A stretch of 58,579 bases of DNA, counting the filler, from Basidioascus undulatus (Eukaryota), in assembly GCA_000826855.1 (NCBI GenBank). It is 4 parts of 4 records of this genome, joined end to end, with 100 filler letters (N's around TTAATTAATTAA, not from the genome) between each part and the next. Parts side by side here need not be neighbours in the genome. Positions count along the whole stretch, not along the records: positions 14,682 to 29,255 come from JTLS01000715.1; positions 29,356 to 43,922 come from JTLS01000716.1; 2 more parts are not named here. One strand, given 5' to 3'. Position 1 is the first letter of the stretch, and each line of letters begins with the position of its first letter. Both the position numbers and the translations under genes were made by a program. The notes below the pieces were generated by a model, which saw only the letters and a program-made list of their open reading frames with translations, searched no databases and was not told the origin of the DNA. Shown piece by piece: positions 24,866-40,045 of this stretch.

Positions 24866-27863
24866 GTTGTCTGTTCGGTCGTCGTTGCAGGTGGAGATGT
24901 GATGGATGGGAACGCGGTGGTGATGGGGGGAAGGAAAGCAGCACTTGCCAGCGCGGCGGGTGAAAAGACGCTGGGGAGACAGCTGAAGAAGTGACGCATC
25001 ACGCATTGGCCGATGCCGTCCGATAACCGATCGACCTGCCCATGGGGAAAAGCTTCTGTCGCCATATGGGTTGCTTCCGCAAACTTCTCCTTGCATGTAC
25101 ATAATCACACTGTCACAGTAGTATTGATCGATATTCAAAGCAATCTGCAAAGCCAAGTGTGCGCCAAGATAGCAGACAGGGCGGAATTGAAGGAGGTCGA
25201 CGCGAGTTGACTCGCCGTCGCACAGAAACAGCAGAGGAAATATTGATATCCTCAGGTCGACGAAAGTGAAGGAGAACAACACTGCTGAGATCTTGTGCAA
25301 GTTCGACTCCGACCGTCCAATTTGGCCTCCTCGAGCCCGCGATCAAAGCAGGCAGTTGCGGTGTAGAACAGCCAAGGCCGCGACTCACAACCATCTCTCA
25401 GTACCTACTAATGTCGACCACGCGTGTCTCCCGTCCTGCATCGCTCCAAATCGTGAACGACAACAATCCAAGTCTGTACTCAGCGATATCGAGACCACCA
25501 AGCAATCTCCTCCAAGCGGTACCGCCAGGGTGTGAACGATCAAGGAGATGTAGGCAGGTATGCTCCCTGAGTCCATCGCGGTCCACCATTACGAGTCCGT
25601 TTCGTTGAATGAAAGGAATTCCAAAGATCTAATGGACCCTTAAGAAGTCCAGAAAAAGATGCGTCGGACAGTCGGGATAATGCGGGAGGCGTGTCGAACG
25701 AGAGAGACCGGCAGACTCTCGGGGGGCATCCAACTTATCGAGGGCCGCGCTTCGGCAGAGCCACTAGCACTGCTCGACGGATGTGAGGTGCAGAGAACTA
25801 TGGAATACAGGGTAAAGTAGATCGAAGATCCTCGCGCACACGAGGAGGCCCGCGGCGCGGCCGGCTCAGCCTAGATTGCCCCTCCCCGACATCCACGATC
25901 CCTCGCTGTTCGAAATCGAAGGCGAAAGAAGCGATGTTGATAGAATCTGATTTTGAAGATATAGGAGAACACCCCATTGAAACAGGATTGCAGTTGTCAC
26001 TAACCCCGTTAGCAATCCTTTGGATTACATGGGAAGTTCATGCACGAGAGGCGCTCGAACAAGAAGACAGGCATCCAGTCCTTGCCAGTAGCTGGCTGAT
26101 GTGCTTCAACTTGGATCCGCATCCGGAAAATGAAGATTTCATAGTCAGTTTCAACACTATCTAATTCAGCTCGAGAATGGTCAGAAGACGTACCGCTATA
26201 CCACGGCGCGACAGTGATCGGTTCAAATCGTGTTTCACTGCGCTGGATGGCGTTCTTGAGCCCGTACTTCGGAGGGCAGCGAACTCCTTGATAGCGATGC
26301 TCGGCTAGTGGTGTTCAGGTCTCGAGCAAGGTCAACTATTTAATAGGTGCAACCAGCGCTGTATTTCACTCCCTTTCCTTTACCTCTCCCTCCCCCAACC
26401 GGGGATTGTACTTGGCCCAAGCTTCTGCAAACAGGCTGCTCCCCTCCCCCTGACCTCTCATTGGAAACATACTGGTCTGTCCGACCGTCGCGGGCTACTT
26501 CGTCTGGACTCTGAGCCGCACAACGTTCATACCTCCCCACCGAAACTCCGTGCGCATTCACGGCCGGCGGAGTGTGGCCGCAAACGTCACTGATCAAGCT
26601 GTGGCTGCAGCATCTGACTCCCTGCTCAGCACGTCTATGTTTTTGGTAGGAAACATGGACATGAAACAGTTGCCCGGATCCGCGTCTAAGTATATCTCCT
26701 CAACCCGCTCGTGGAGCCAGCGATTTGCAGACGCCGGCCGTTGAATTGCTGATGAGCGTTGCAGCGGTGACCGTCTTTTTGGTGGCACATTCTGTGGTGA
26801 GCCCTTCCACTCTGCTCGTTGCTCACGCTTCCCCTTTAAGCTGGTTCGGAGGAAGTTGTACAGACATAGAGCAACTGGGCGGGGACGAGGACGAGAGAGT
26901 TGCTGCTGCCACAAACGGCTGAGCGCCCTCTGGCAGTGGGAGGAAGACGGAGCTGAACCTCAGAAACTGGAACCCTCAAACCTAAACGATGAGATTAACG
27001 AGTCTAGCAGGTCGCTTCTCCGAACCAAGCAGGCAGCCTCAGGTGCACTCGGGGTCGCGTTTGACGGCGACTGCACTGGAGTAGCTGATGCAGGCCTTCC
27101 CGGCTTTCCATCAAAGGGCCTTGAGTCCTGTCGGACTACAGAAACTCCATTGCGTAACATAACCTGTTATCAGGGGCACTATCGTCGCAGTGTTTCTCTC
27201 ACTGGGCACACAGGCTTTTGGGAAAAGCGTAGAACCTCCGTGCGAAACGGGCAGCCTGAGCCTGAGCCGTCACTCAGAAAACGAGGACTTTCCCCAGTAC
27301 CCTCTTTTGCGGAAGTGACTTTTGAGAACGCATTATATAGAGCTCCTTTGGAGGAGCTGATGAGGGCGAGCTGTACTTGTTGGAGGACCCGGGTCTCGAC
27401 GGGACAGGGTAAGCAGGGACTGTGCCAGCGCAGCGCTCCTAGCCTCACAGGCTGTACCTTTCATCCCTCGTGCCCATGGATACAGCCGTTTCCTTCCCCG
27501 CACCTTCGAAATCCAAATCCAAAAAGCGTTACCGAAGATTGGAAAAGGAACCGAACAAAAGAATGCTCGAAAAAACAACACGGGGTTGGCACAGAGCTTT
27601 GCCCTGGACGTCTGAAACGCCCGCCTCGCGCTGCGAGCTGTCAAAACTAACCTGCTCGCGCAGTTGAGCCAACCCCTCGTCTTGGTCGACTTGCAAGTGC
27701 CCGCCCATCCATCGCCAGAATAGCTTGATTCTTGTCCAGCCTCCCACACACCCGACGCCCGACGCCGACGTGTGCACCGCACCGTGCTCCCCATCCACCC
27801 AGACTGCCGGCGCCTTCCTTGCCCTGCCCTGCCCACGACCCCTCTTCGCCCGCCAGCAGCAGC

Positions 27864-29255
27864 ATGTCCAACTCGTCGCGCCGGCCGTCGATACGGCACC
27901 CGCACGAGTACAGTGGCACGACGCCGTCTTCGCCGCCCTCCGCGTCGTCCAGCATCGCGTCCAGGCGGATATCCCGGCCCTTCCAGCCGGGCGAGTACCC
28001 GCGCGGCGGGGGCGCGGCACTCGCGACCGCAGAAGAGTACCAGCCCCGGCGGAGCGCGCCGGCGCCTCCGAATGCGAGCGCGAACACGAGTCCGACGCTG
28101 GGCGGGGGAAGCCAGCTGGGCGGCTTGGGGGCCAGCCAGTCGGCCTTCTCTCCGCACTCCCAGTCCGCCGCGTCCTCCCGCCGCACATCCCGCATCAACG
28201 GCCTCCCCCCGCCCAGCGCACCGCCCCTGGCGCGCTCAAACACGCAACCGACGCCCGGCCAGAGCCCGATGAACCACCTCGGCGAGCTCGACTTCAGCTC
28301 GGGCCCGTCCCTCCTCTCCTCCTCCTTCACCGCCGCCTCCCAGTCCCCTTCCTCCGCCCTCCCGCCCGCCTCCCATCAGCTAGGCGTCCCCTCCCCACCC
28401 TCCATGTCGCCAACCATGTCCCACCAGAGCTCCGCACAGAGCGTCGGCGGAGAGGCGTACCTCTCCGAGCCACCCACCTTCGTCGACCACCCCGCTGCCC
28501 CAAAGTCGCTCGGCAGGTCCGCGGGCGCGGCGGCGGCTGCGGCAGCCGTGGGCGCGGGCGGGCTGGATCCCAATGGGAAGCAGAAGAAGGGCGTGTTCTC
28601 CGGGTTCGCGTCGTCTCTTAGCGGTGAGTCGCCAGCGAGCCGTCCTGCGAGGGGGTCCGAGCGAGCATGTGCTGCCTCGCCGTGTCATGCTGATCCGCTT
28701 CCTTACCGACCTACACAGACCTCCTCACGCCCCAGAAGAAGCCTGAAATCTCGACGCCTTACGACCCCGTCCACCTCACCCATGTCGGCTTCAACTCTGA
28801 TACCGGCGAGTTCACCGTGAGTCCAGCGAACTTTTGTCTTCGGGGTTATCCCTTTCCAAGCGTCCGGGCCTGGGAGTTTGGGTTCCCTCCTGGAGTTGCG
28901 AGAACTTGCACGGGCTTTCCTTTCTTGCCCCGAACCACTCGCTAACCCCCTGCCCTCTCCCCCCCTCCAGGGCCTCCCCAAAGAATGGCAGCAACTCCTG
29001 CAAGACAGCGGGATCTCGAAGCAGGACCAAGAAGCGAACCCGCAGGCTGTGATGGACATCGTCGCCTTCTACCAGGATGTCCAGAAGCAGGGCGGCACGG
29101 ACGAGCAGGTTTGGAAGAAGATGGGCGCCAACGGCGCTGCCCCTGCACCCACCGCGGCGCCAGTACCGACGGGGCCGGCGCAGGGGAAGTGGGGGAGCCC
29201 GGTGCGTTGGTTTACTTGAGGAGGGGTTGGGAGGGGCTGAAGGCTAACTGTGGGT
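27864..29255 (+). CDS. STE20: PAK/STE20-like kinase, N-terminal low-complexity region and CRIB domain; kinase domain beyond the contig end
   Basis: KKPEISTPYDPVHLTHVGFNSDTGEFT|GLPKEWQQLLQDSGISKQDQEANPQAVMDIVAFYQD; no PH domain ahead of the CRIB, which favours Ste20 over Cla4. Confidence 0.85.
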
Positions 29256-29355
29256 NNNNNNNNNNNNNNNNNNNNNNNNNNNNNNNNNNNNNNNNNNNNT
29301 TAATTAATTAANNNNNNNNNNNNNNNNNNNNNNNNNNNNNNNNNNNNNNNNNNNN
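29256..29355. other. Artificial 100-nt contig spacer
   Basis: N44-TTAATTAATTAA-N44. Confidence 0.98.
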
Positions 29356-30170
29356 CTCACCACCACCACCTCCTCCCCGCCCACGCACCTGACGATCCAC
29401 CACCTCCCCTCCCCGCTCTCCGCCCCGCCCGCCCTCCTCGCCCTCCTCTTCAAGATCTTCAGCGACGTGCTCGAGGAGGGGCGGACGTACCCCCAACTCG
29501 CGAGCGGGATGGACCGCGCGGGGTTCGAAGGGTACTTTGGGACGGCGGACCTGTTTGTCGGGGTGCTTGGGGGCGAGGGGGGGAGGGCGCTCGAGAGCGT
29601 GGGGGAGGCGGAGTGGGAAGAGGTCTTGGGAGGCTACTACTACGTGCGTTAGAATTTCCTGCCCTTCCATCCCGCTTGCTTATGCTTGATATCCCCACAG
29701 GTCAAGCCAAACTACCCTGGCCGTTCATCCCATGTCCGTCTTCACAATTTTCCACACGCGCAACCCTCTATTTACACCCCCCCTTCCCACTCTTTCAGAT
29801 TTGTAACGCCGGATTTGTCGTCCCGCCGTCCCGGCGCGGTCTCAAGCTCGGCAACAACCTCGGCCAATCGTACCTGCACTTCGCTCCCCAACTAGGGTAC
29901 AAGGCCTGTGCGTCCCGTACTCCATCCCACTCCACCCCCCTCCTTCCCCTTTTTTCTCTTCCTCCAACTGAACATCACGCTGAATCACCTCCCTAACGAT
30001 TAGCCGTCTTCAACCTCGTGTACACCACGAACCGCGCTTCGCTCGCGATCTGGGAGCGCCTCGGCTTTACCCGCTTGGGGCTCATCCGCCGCGCAGGGAA
30101 GCTGAAGACGGTCGATGGGACGGGTGAGGAATACGCGGACGCTGCGATCATCTACAAGAGCTTTGAGTAG
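29356..30170 (+). CDS. GNAT N-acetyltransferase, Mpr1 (L-azetidine-2-carboxylate acetyltransferase)-like; 5' end missing
   Basis: EEGRTYPQ, GGYYY|VKPNYPGRSSH|ICNAGFVV, YLHFAPQLGYKA|AVFNLVYTTNRASLAIWERLGF, DAAIIYKSFE*. Confidence 0.88.
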
Positions 30171-31149
30171 GAGCCGGGGGATGGGCCGGGATAATAGGAG
30201 GAAGTAGAGCCAGGGCTGGAAGCCTTAGAGAGGATGCGTGTGGGCTAGAACTGGCGCGTCCGGGTGGATGTTGATGATTGGGGGAGGTTTACAGACACTT
30301 CTATTTCTTCCTTTCGGGGTTACTGCATGCATTCTTTCCTTGGGTTCACATAAGGAGCGCAGGAGCACTGATAGAACCAACGAGTACTCCCGCCTTCACG
30401 TTGTGAGTGTCATCGTTCAATGTGGCTGAACGTTGACTCGTCCGGGAGATAAGTACGAAACCGAACTGGAGAAACATTGTGAATTATGCCCCACCAAATA
30501 ATTGCCCACATTACATGTCAACGTGGATGATTTCAAACCAAGAAGGTGCTCCAACGTTTCTAATGAACTACGCCCCTGCCGCGACCGTGACCTTCTCAAA
30601 CACGACCTTCTACACCTCTTTCCACAGCACGAGCGCAGTAGGGTCCCAGAAAGGTAGGAGCTCTATGATTTACAACCCCTTTTGGGCTCATTGTCAGCCA
30701 CAACAAGATGGGAGATGAGGCAGTGAAAGAACGCACGAGTCCCGGCCACGAGCACCACGCCGTTCTCCCAGTCGACCAGCCAGAACGTCTGCAAATTTGG
30801 GAGAACTATGAGTTTCAGTGGAACTTGGGAAGAGTTCCAGCTTCAGAACTATGCTCACGCCTGCCAGGCCGACCCAGGAATGGAACGCGCGGAGCGCTGT
30901 CCTGCGAGGCCTTCGGGGTAGAACAAGCCGCCTGCAAAGCAACTGTTAGAAGCGGCTGTTGAGATTGTTCGACGGAAAGACTCACCGAGCGACCACTGCT
31001 TTTTAACTTCTGCGCAAGAGTCGCGACATCAGCAGATGCTAGTCATTCCATTCAGAGGGTGGCTGGCATTCGACGCACCGGGCAGGCTCCACGGCAGCGC
31101 GAGGTCAGTGCGATGCTGCGTATCGGAATGAAGCCGAATAAGTCCTTCT

Positions 31150-32497
31150 CTATAGCATATCCCAGTCCCGAACACCACTTACCACACCATGCGCTCCCTC
31201 GAGGAACCCCAGAAGTTCAGGCAAAAGCCCAGGCTGGATGAGCTTCTCGACCAACTCCGGCGCGAGGAGGCGAGTGCCGTTCGGGTGCGTGCCGTTCCCA
31301 AGCAGGGCGAGGAGGCCCTGCGCATCTCGAAAACCGATGTCAGTTATATTCCATGATCGCACCGAAAATAATGCACCCGACCAGACCAGTTCCGCCCGAG
31401 TCGATCCTGGGCACGCCCGCCGCTGCTGGGAGCGCGACGAAGGTGCCCTCCAGTGTGCGGGCGGACGAGCGCGCTTGTCGTCGAGGGCGGGGGATAGAAT
31501 GTCAGGGTTTTGAGGCCCAGGGGGGAGTAGATGTTCTTCTGGAAGTATTCGCCCAGCCTTGTTGTGAAACAAGACAGTATCAGCCACTTACAGCTGCAGG
31601 AGTATGAGAGCGGCCTCACTTGAGTCCGGTCACGGCTTCGATAGCCAGTGCGGCGTCTGTCATGGAGAGAATGGGTAAGCTATCTCCCCTGGATCATTTG
31701 TCTCAATACTCACAGTCGAAGCCTTGGACATACTCCCATCCCGTACCAGGCTCGAACGCCAGCGGAGCGTTCATGCGTGATTGCATCCAGTGGGAGTGGT
31801 CAGTCAGCCCAAGCACGTAGCTAAGAAACCATGGGATACGCACCGCCTCACTTCCAAGGGTAGTGGTGTCCTTTTTAGGGGGAACCACGGGAAAACGCTG
31901 GTGGTGGGCGTTGAAGACATCGTACGTCGAGCCGTTGATATGCAGAAGGGCTTCGCGTAGAGTCGCCACCCTGCCCGCCGCGACGAGGATCGGTTCGCCG
32001 TCCGAGTCAAAGCTATTCAAACTTTGGAATGCATAGACTTATCAACCTCTGCTACCTCGAGCCTCCAAGGCCTGAAACGTTCACATCTCCTTTGGAAAGT
32101 TGTCGATGTAAGTCGACAGCGGAGCGTCCAGGTCGAGCTTCCCTTTCTCGACACGTTGAAGCACCACGTGGGCGTGACGATCTTCCCAAATGACATGCTG
32201 AAAAAAATCGTCTTGCTTAGTTTGTGGCCACCAACCAGAAGTACGGTTGACCACCTACAGGATCAGGCTGGTATCGTTCTGCAGGGCGGTGCCGGTGCCG
32301 AGGACCCTCGCACCGGCGGACTTGTGGTACAGCTCGCCGCTCAGTGCGGCGGCGTGGACGAAAGCACTGTCGCACGATGGGTTTGGTAAGCCTCTAAAAC
32401 AAGTAATTGCACTGGATATGGGGTCGACGTACCATGGCAGCAGCGGCTGTGCGTCTCCCACGTACTTTTCCAAGATTGCGTCGAGTTTCGTCGCCAA
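31150..32497 (-). pseudogene. Beta-lactamase/transesterase-family (LovD/EstB-like) serine hydrolase, probably pseudogenised
   Basis: SFGK (SxxK) followed by a frame change into LQRVEKGKLDLDAPL; TLREALLH, PLAFEPGTGWEY, IEAVTG, LGEYFQKNIYSPLGL; C-terminal part degenerate, 3' end approximate. Confidence 0.7.
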
Positions 32498-32866
32498 GGA
32501 TATGATGGACTTTGCAAGTTAAGACGGCGACTTATCCTTTGGCCGCGAGAAAGGACAGATCGATAGAACGCGACGCTGCGGTCACGGCGGTCAGTCAGCG
32601 CGTTGTCCGCCTCCGTGAAGTTCGGTGGACCACTATGGCGTCTTCCGTCCACACCAAGATCTTCCCGGAAGCTTTTGAATCTGAAATTCCGTGCTTTTCT
32701 GATAGTTTTATCAGCTCATGGACACTTACCAGGACAATGAGTGCGCAGCTGGAGACACTTGCTGGTACCCTAGCAGACATTTGCGTATATATGAAAGCGA
32801 GTTGGTGAATAACGGAAAATCCACTGTTATACTTCGGATAATTTTTTTAACAATGGGAACGCCCCA

Positions 32867-34341
32867 ATGCCTTGTTTGCTATGTGTCCCCTTCGATGTCT
32901 GGCGCGAAACTGCCACCTACTTACCTCGTGCAGACCTCAAAGCATGGCTCGGAGTCGCGCCGCTCACGACGGCCCGCAGCAAGCACGATGTTGCGGCGGC
33001 GGTCCTCTCCACGGGCCTGATTCTCAAAGCCACTGGCGCAGACGTCAACGCCTTCAAAGCAAAGGTTCGCCGTGCTGCCGGCTAAACCCCGGGGCCTTAT
33101 AAGAGATCTACTTCTCCTGGCATGTCAACGGCTGCCATACTCTTCGGGAAGAAAGGAATACTAAGGATGTTCCGGCGCATCGAGGACGGTGAGTGAGCTG
33201 GCCTATCGAGAGATTGGTGCCACTGATCCTCACTCACTTTGCGGCAGTCTTGATCTTCCTCCTTCCGCGCGTTAACGGCCTAGAGGAATTTCACTGGCGG
33301 TTTACCGGTCCGGCCCGTACTGACGACCTCAAGCTCGTCCACGTTGCTGTCCTCGACGAAGTCATCCAAGAGCTACTCAAGCATTCACAAACTCTCACTT
33401 GACTGGTGATAACGTTAGTTTCTTGGGGCTTTCGGATGAATTTATAGTTTACCCTGAGCCTTTTCTATCCTCGTGTCACAGCGTTTTCGACCTCGCGCCG
33501 GTAACCCTTCACCTCGAGCAGTTGAGGTCCTTGCGCAACCTCACGCTTAGCCAAGTATTCCTCGAAGATGCTCTTCTTCTCCCGTCGCAGCCAGACGTAC
33601 TCGTTATTGATCGCGCATTAATCCCCTTTAAGGGGGCCCAGGACCCGCTTCTCACCTCGCTCGATCTTTCGGCCGCGTCGACAGTCGAGATCTCTCACTT
33701 CACTCTCAGGCCCGTCGATTTCCTGCATAGTCTACCACCGACGCTCTCGACCACTTCGGCATCTTGGTCTCTTTAATACCTATGGTTGTCTTCTTTCAGC
33801 CACATTGCCGAACTTCCCTCGCTCCTCGCCGCCCCCGACGGCAGTGTCCATGTTCCCCTGCCTCACCTCTCTTGCACTCGACTTCCACCCCGCGCAATTG
33901 TCACCTGTCCAGCCGGACCTCCCAACTAACATTGTGCGATCCCCGGCAAAGTTCATCTCACGATATGCTCCTCTTAAGCGTCTCGCATTCGGTGTCGACG
34001 GGTCGACCTTGAAGCCCACCGACGCAAACATGCAATGCGTAGTGCGGACCCAAGGAAGTGGGACGCTGCCTTCTCCTTGCCGGACTTTCCGCAGGCTCTA
34101 TCCACGCTTTCGAACCTTCGAGTCTTGTCGCTTTCGACCGTCGTTCTCCACACGCGCTCCGCATTCCTCGCTCAAGGCACCGCCTATGCCGAAGCTCTCA
34201 AGGACGACGATGTCCGCAAGTCGCAAGGTGAGATGCTGCCGCAAGCGCATGCCTGCCTCAGCGGCGTCAGTAGTGCACAACTTGAACGGAAGCGAGAGTA
34301 GATCAATAGAACAATTCAAGAATGAGGAAGCAGGCAAGTGA
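32867..34341 (+). pseudogene. Possible F-box-like / leucine-rich hypothetical gene with frame disruptions
   Basis: N-terminal VPFDVWRETATYLPRADLKAWLGV resembles an F-box; downstream LEEFHW, LRSLRNLTL, LTSLAL, LKRLAF, LSNLRVLSL resemble LRR units; early TAA at 33083-33085. Confidence 0.4.
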
Positions 34342-34682
34342 GCCGGTCGCGCCGGTATCGTCTAAGCGAAGAAGCACGACACTGCCCCACGTTGTTTCTT
34401 TCGTTACTTGCTCACTTCCTCTTACATCGCTCATCCGATGACGTGAAACAGCCTTTGAATCAACAGCTGCGGATTCTTGACGGAGAATACATAATAGCGC
34501 GTTGAGATGGTGGCAGAGGCAGAGGCCGCAGAACGTGCAGAGCAGATCGAGATGGAGAGTGAGATTGGGAAATATGAAAAGATGAACCGAGAGAAGAAAA
34601 GTACAAGCACAAGCCGCATCGCATCGGGGGCACAACACACGCAGCATCAATGGATCGCCACGATGTCTAATCAACATCCAAT

Positions 34683-37421
<2,739 letters not shown>

Positions 37422-40045
37422 TTTGAGAAGTAGGGGGCGGGCGGAAAGAAGGGGAAGACTGTGGGGGTGCGCAGGACCAGCGTGAGCTCGCTATTGATCT
37501 GCAGCGGGCAGGTTGCTAGTGGCGGGCAGCGTACGAGCGAAGGAGGAGGTGGGGGGCACAACCAAGAGGGGCAAACCGCACTTTTCACGAGGGAAGTTTT
37601 CGTCCTGCCTTTCTGGTTAGTTTCGCCTGCGGCCGAGCCCCAGCTGAAACTTCAACTTTCCACCTTCATCTCTTACACCTTTGTCGGTTTCACATCTGTT
37701 TTCAGAGGTGCGGTGGCGACGGAAATTCTTGCCACTTGGTCAAAGCGATCCATCCTTCTCCTCAAGCTCACGTTCCTGTCCTGCTTGTTTGAACCGGTTC
37801 GGCCGCTGAAAAGCGAGTGTATGCTGCTTGGGCACTCTCAGCCTTTGTTCCCACTGACAGCTCCGTTTGCCGGTGCAAGCCCACACCTGTATCGCTCAGC
37901 TCACACAGTATTCACAGCGGACCTGTTTCGCATCAATCGCGTGTTTACGACTGTTATTCCTATACATGGAATGGGGTTATCTATGATTACAGCACTCGTT
38001 CCAAACAAGACGGAATTATCAGCGTGTCATTCGTAGCACGCGCCTGGCAGCCGCGTCGGGGCAGCCGGCACATTCCAGGCATGTGCGGCAGCGCTCGACT
38101 CGCCACTTGCCAGTACTTGGTTCTTTGCCGTTTACATCAGGAAAAGTAGCTACACGATCCACACAGGACTACTCCCCTCGATGTCTTGAAAGCTTTGAGA
38201 TGCCGCAAAGGCCGCCAGTGGCTGCCCTTCTGGGCCTCCTTATTTCCGTTTCCCGGAGCTTGTAAGCCTGAAAATATGGCGAAAGTCACAACTATCGTGT
38301 ACCCGAAATACTATATACCTCTTTGAACTCGCGTCTGGCAACACGATGTCGCGTTGCTCGAGCGTCGACGTGTCAATCAGGCCAGGAAACAGGGCGGGTG
38401 ACGGCCGTTGTCCTTGTACTCGGGGTAATGGCGGCACTGCAGCTACGGTAGCCGCAAGAGCCCTCCTGAGCACGACCTCATTTCCGCGCGCCGAAGGGTC
38501 TGCTTCGGGATCGAGTCGCAGGGAGGCGCCGAGCTGGTAGGCATTTGCTAGTAGCGATGAAGTGCCAGGCGAGAAAAGGTGACGGGGGATGGCCTGGAAG
38601 ATGAAGAAGATCGGATAGAGAAAGTTTCCACCCACTTCACGGGTTTTTAGTGGGTACTATGATACTCACGCATCGACTCTTTGCTGTGAGCAAGGGCCAT
38701 CGCTCCTCCATCATCTCCGCCACGAGTAACCCCAAGCAGCCTCTAGCCCGTAAACGCCAGCGCGCCGTTGTAAATCCGGCTCAGCGGCGGAACCTCAAAC
38801 GCAGCGGGCGCCCCGTGCCTGCCGAGAGTCTGCGCTCGCGTACGCAGCGCTGGGGATAGCTCTGGGATGGGCGGGGGTACGTCGGTGGAAATATGGGACG
38901 GAGCATGGTGGGAGCGGTGGATTTGTTGAGCTCGTAGTCGAAGAGTGATGAGAGTTGGCAGGGAGAAGACCTGCTGAGGAAGCTGTCAATTTGGAAAGGA
39001 GGGGCGGGGGCCGGGCCGCAGCGGATCCGTCTGCTGGGGCCTTTTCATATCGGACGCAGCAAAAGGCCTTCATGCTTCTGAAATAGAAACAACAAGGACA
39101 CGCCTTAATGATAACTTTCAGGAAAACGACCAAGATTTACTCTCTGTTCTGGAGGGCACCTTCCGAGTCTGCCACCTACCCATATTGCAACGTCGGGCAG
39201 CTAGTAGTGCTTGTCCTCCATCCATTCATCTGTCTTTAATACCCTGGAAAGTTCAGGCCCATCAACATAAGTCTTCACAGACTTTAAGAATCAACAGAGA
39301 AACTGTCTTGCTCAGAGTCAAAGAAAGCCAGCTCCCGGCCGGACGCCCCCAGAATGCCACTTTTCAGATACAACGCACCGAGTGCGAGTGCTTCCTTGTA
39401 ACACCTTCAATTCAAGACATCCAAGACCATCACAAATGGTTATGTTCAATATACATAGGTAACCTCATGACCCAGCCTCAACCGCACAAAAAGCAAATGT
39501 ACAGACCGTGCCAAAATACCCCAGTTCTGGTTGGGTCCTCCGTTGAGCGTTCATGGTCCGCTGAGAGCAACGGGGTTTGCTCGTTTGACTATAGTTCTCT
39601 GCAACCATATCCTAGGAAGTACGCGCAAACTTAATTGCAATAGCATTTCATCAGTCCATGCTGGCCAATAACGCTCAGAATAGCGTCCGTTGATGAAGGG
39701 CCAGTTGAACGACAGCCACGCATACCGCAATGAATGTGACTCGAGTCCGCCCACTGCTTCCCTCCAAAGATAGGTACACATCCATACTTTTTCTCAATGG
39801 AACCACCCTCGCATCACATTACCTCTCAGCAAGTGCAGATTTTTACATTTCGTGGTGTCGCGAGGAAAGTTGAAACAGACTGACTGTCTTCCTAAATGAC
39901 GTCACGCTGCTGACTTGAAAACGAGACCGCCGCGTGTCCAACGCGTCCGCCCGCGCACCTCCGCCGACGCTTGCCCACGAACACGACAACCGCGCCTTTG
40001 GTCCGATACATACACGCACTCGTCAACAAAAGATCTTTCACAGCC

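Noticed and set aside
25283..25295. GCTGAGA upstream of THI5 as a second TPP aptamer
   Set aside because: Wrong strand for THI5 and no P3/P5 or TAAT loop context
26340..26597. Small ORF ending KYSAGCTY* upstream of STE20 as a pheromone precursor
   Set aside because: Cys is third from the end, so not CAAX; no repeated peptide units; no ATG start
37460..39900. Several 60-190 aa ORFs upstream of SSB
   Set aside because: No motifs and no GC3-rich codon pattern like the real genes; treated as intergenic
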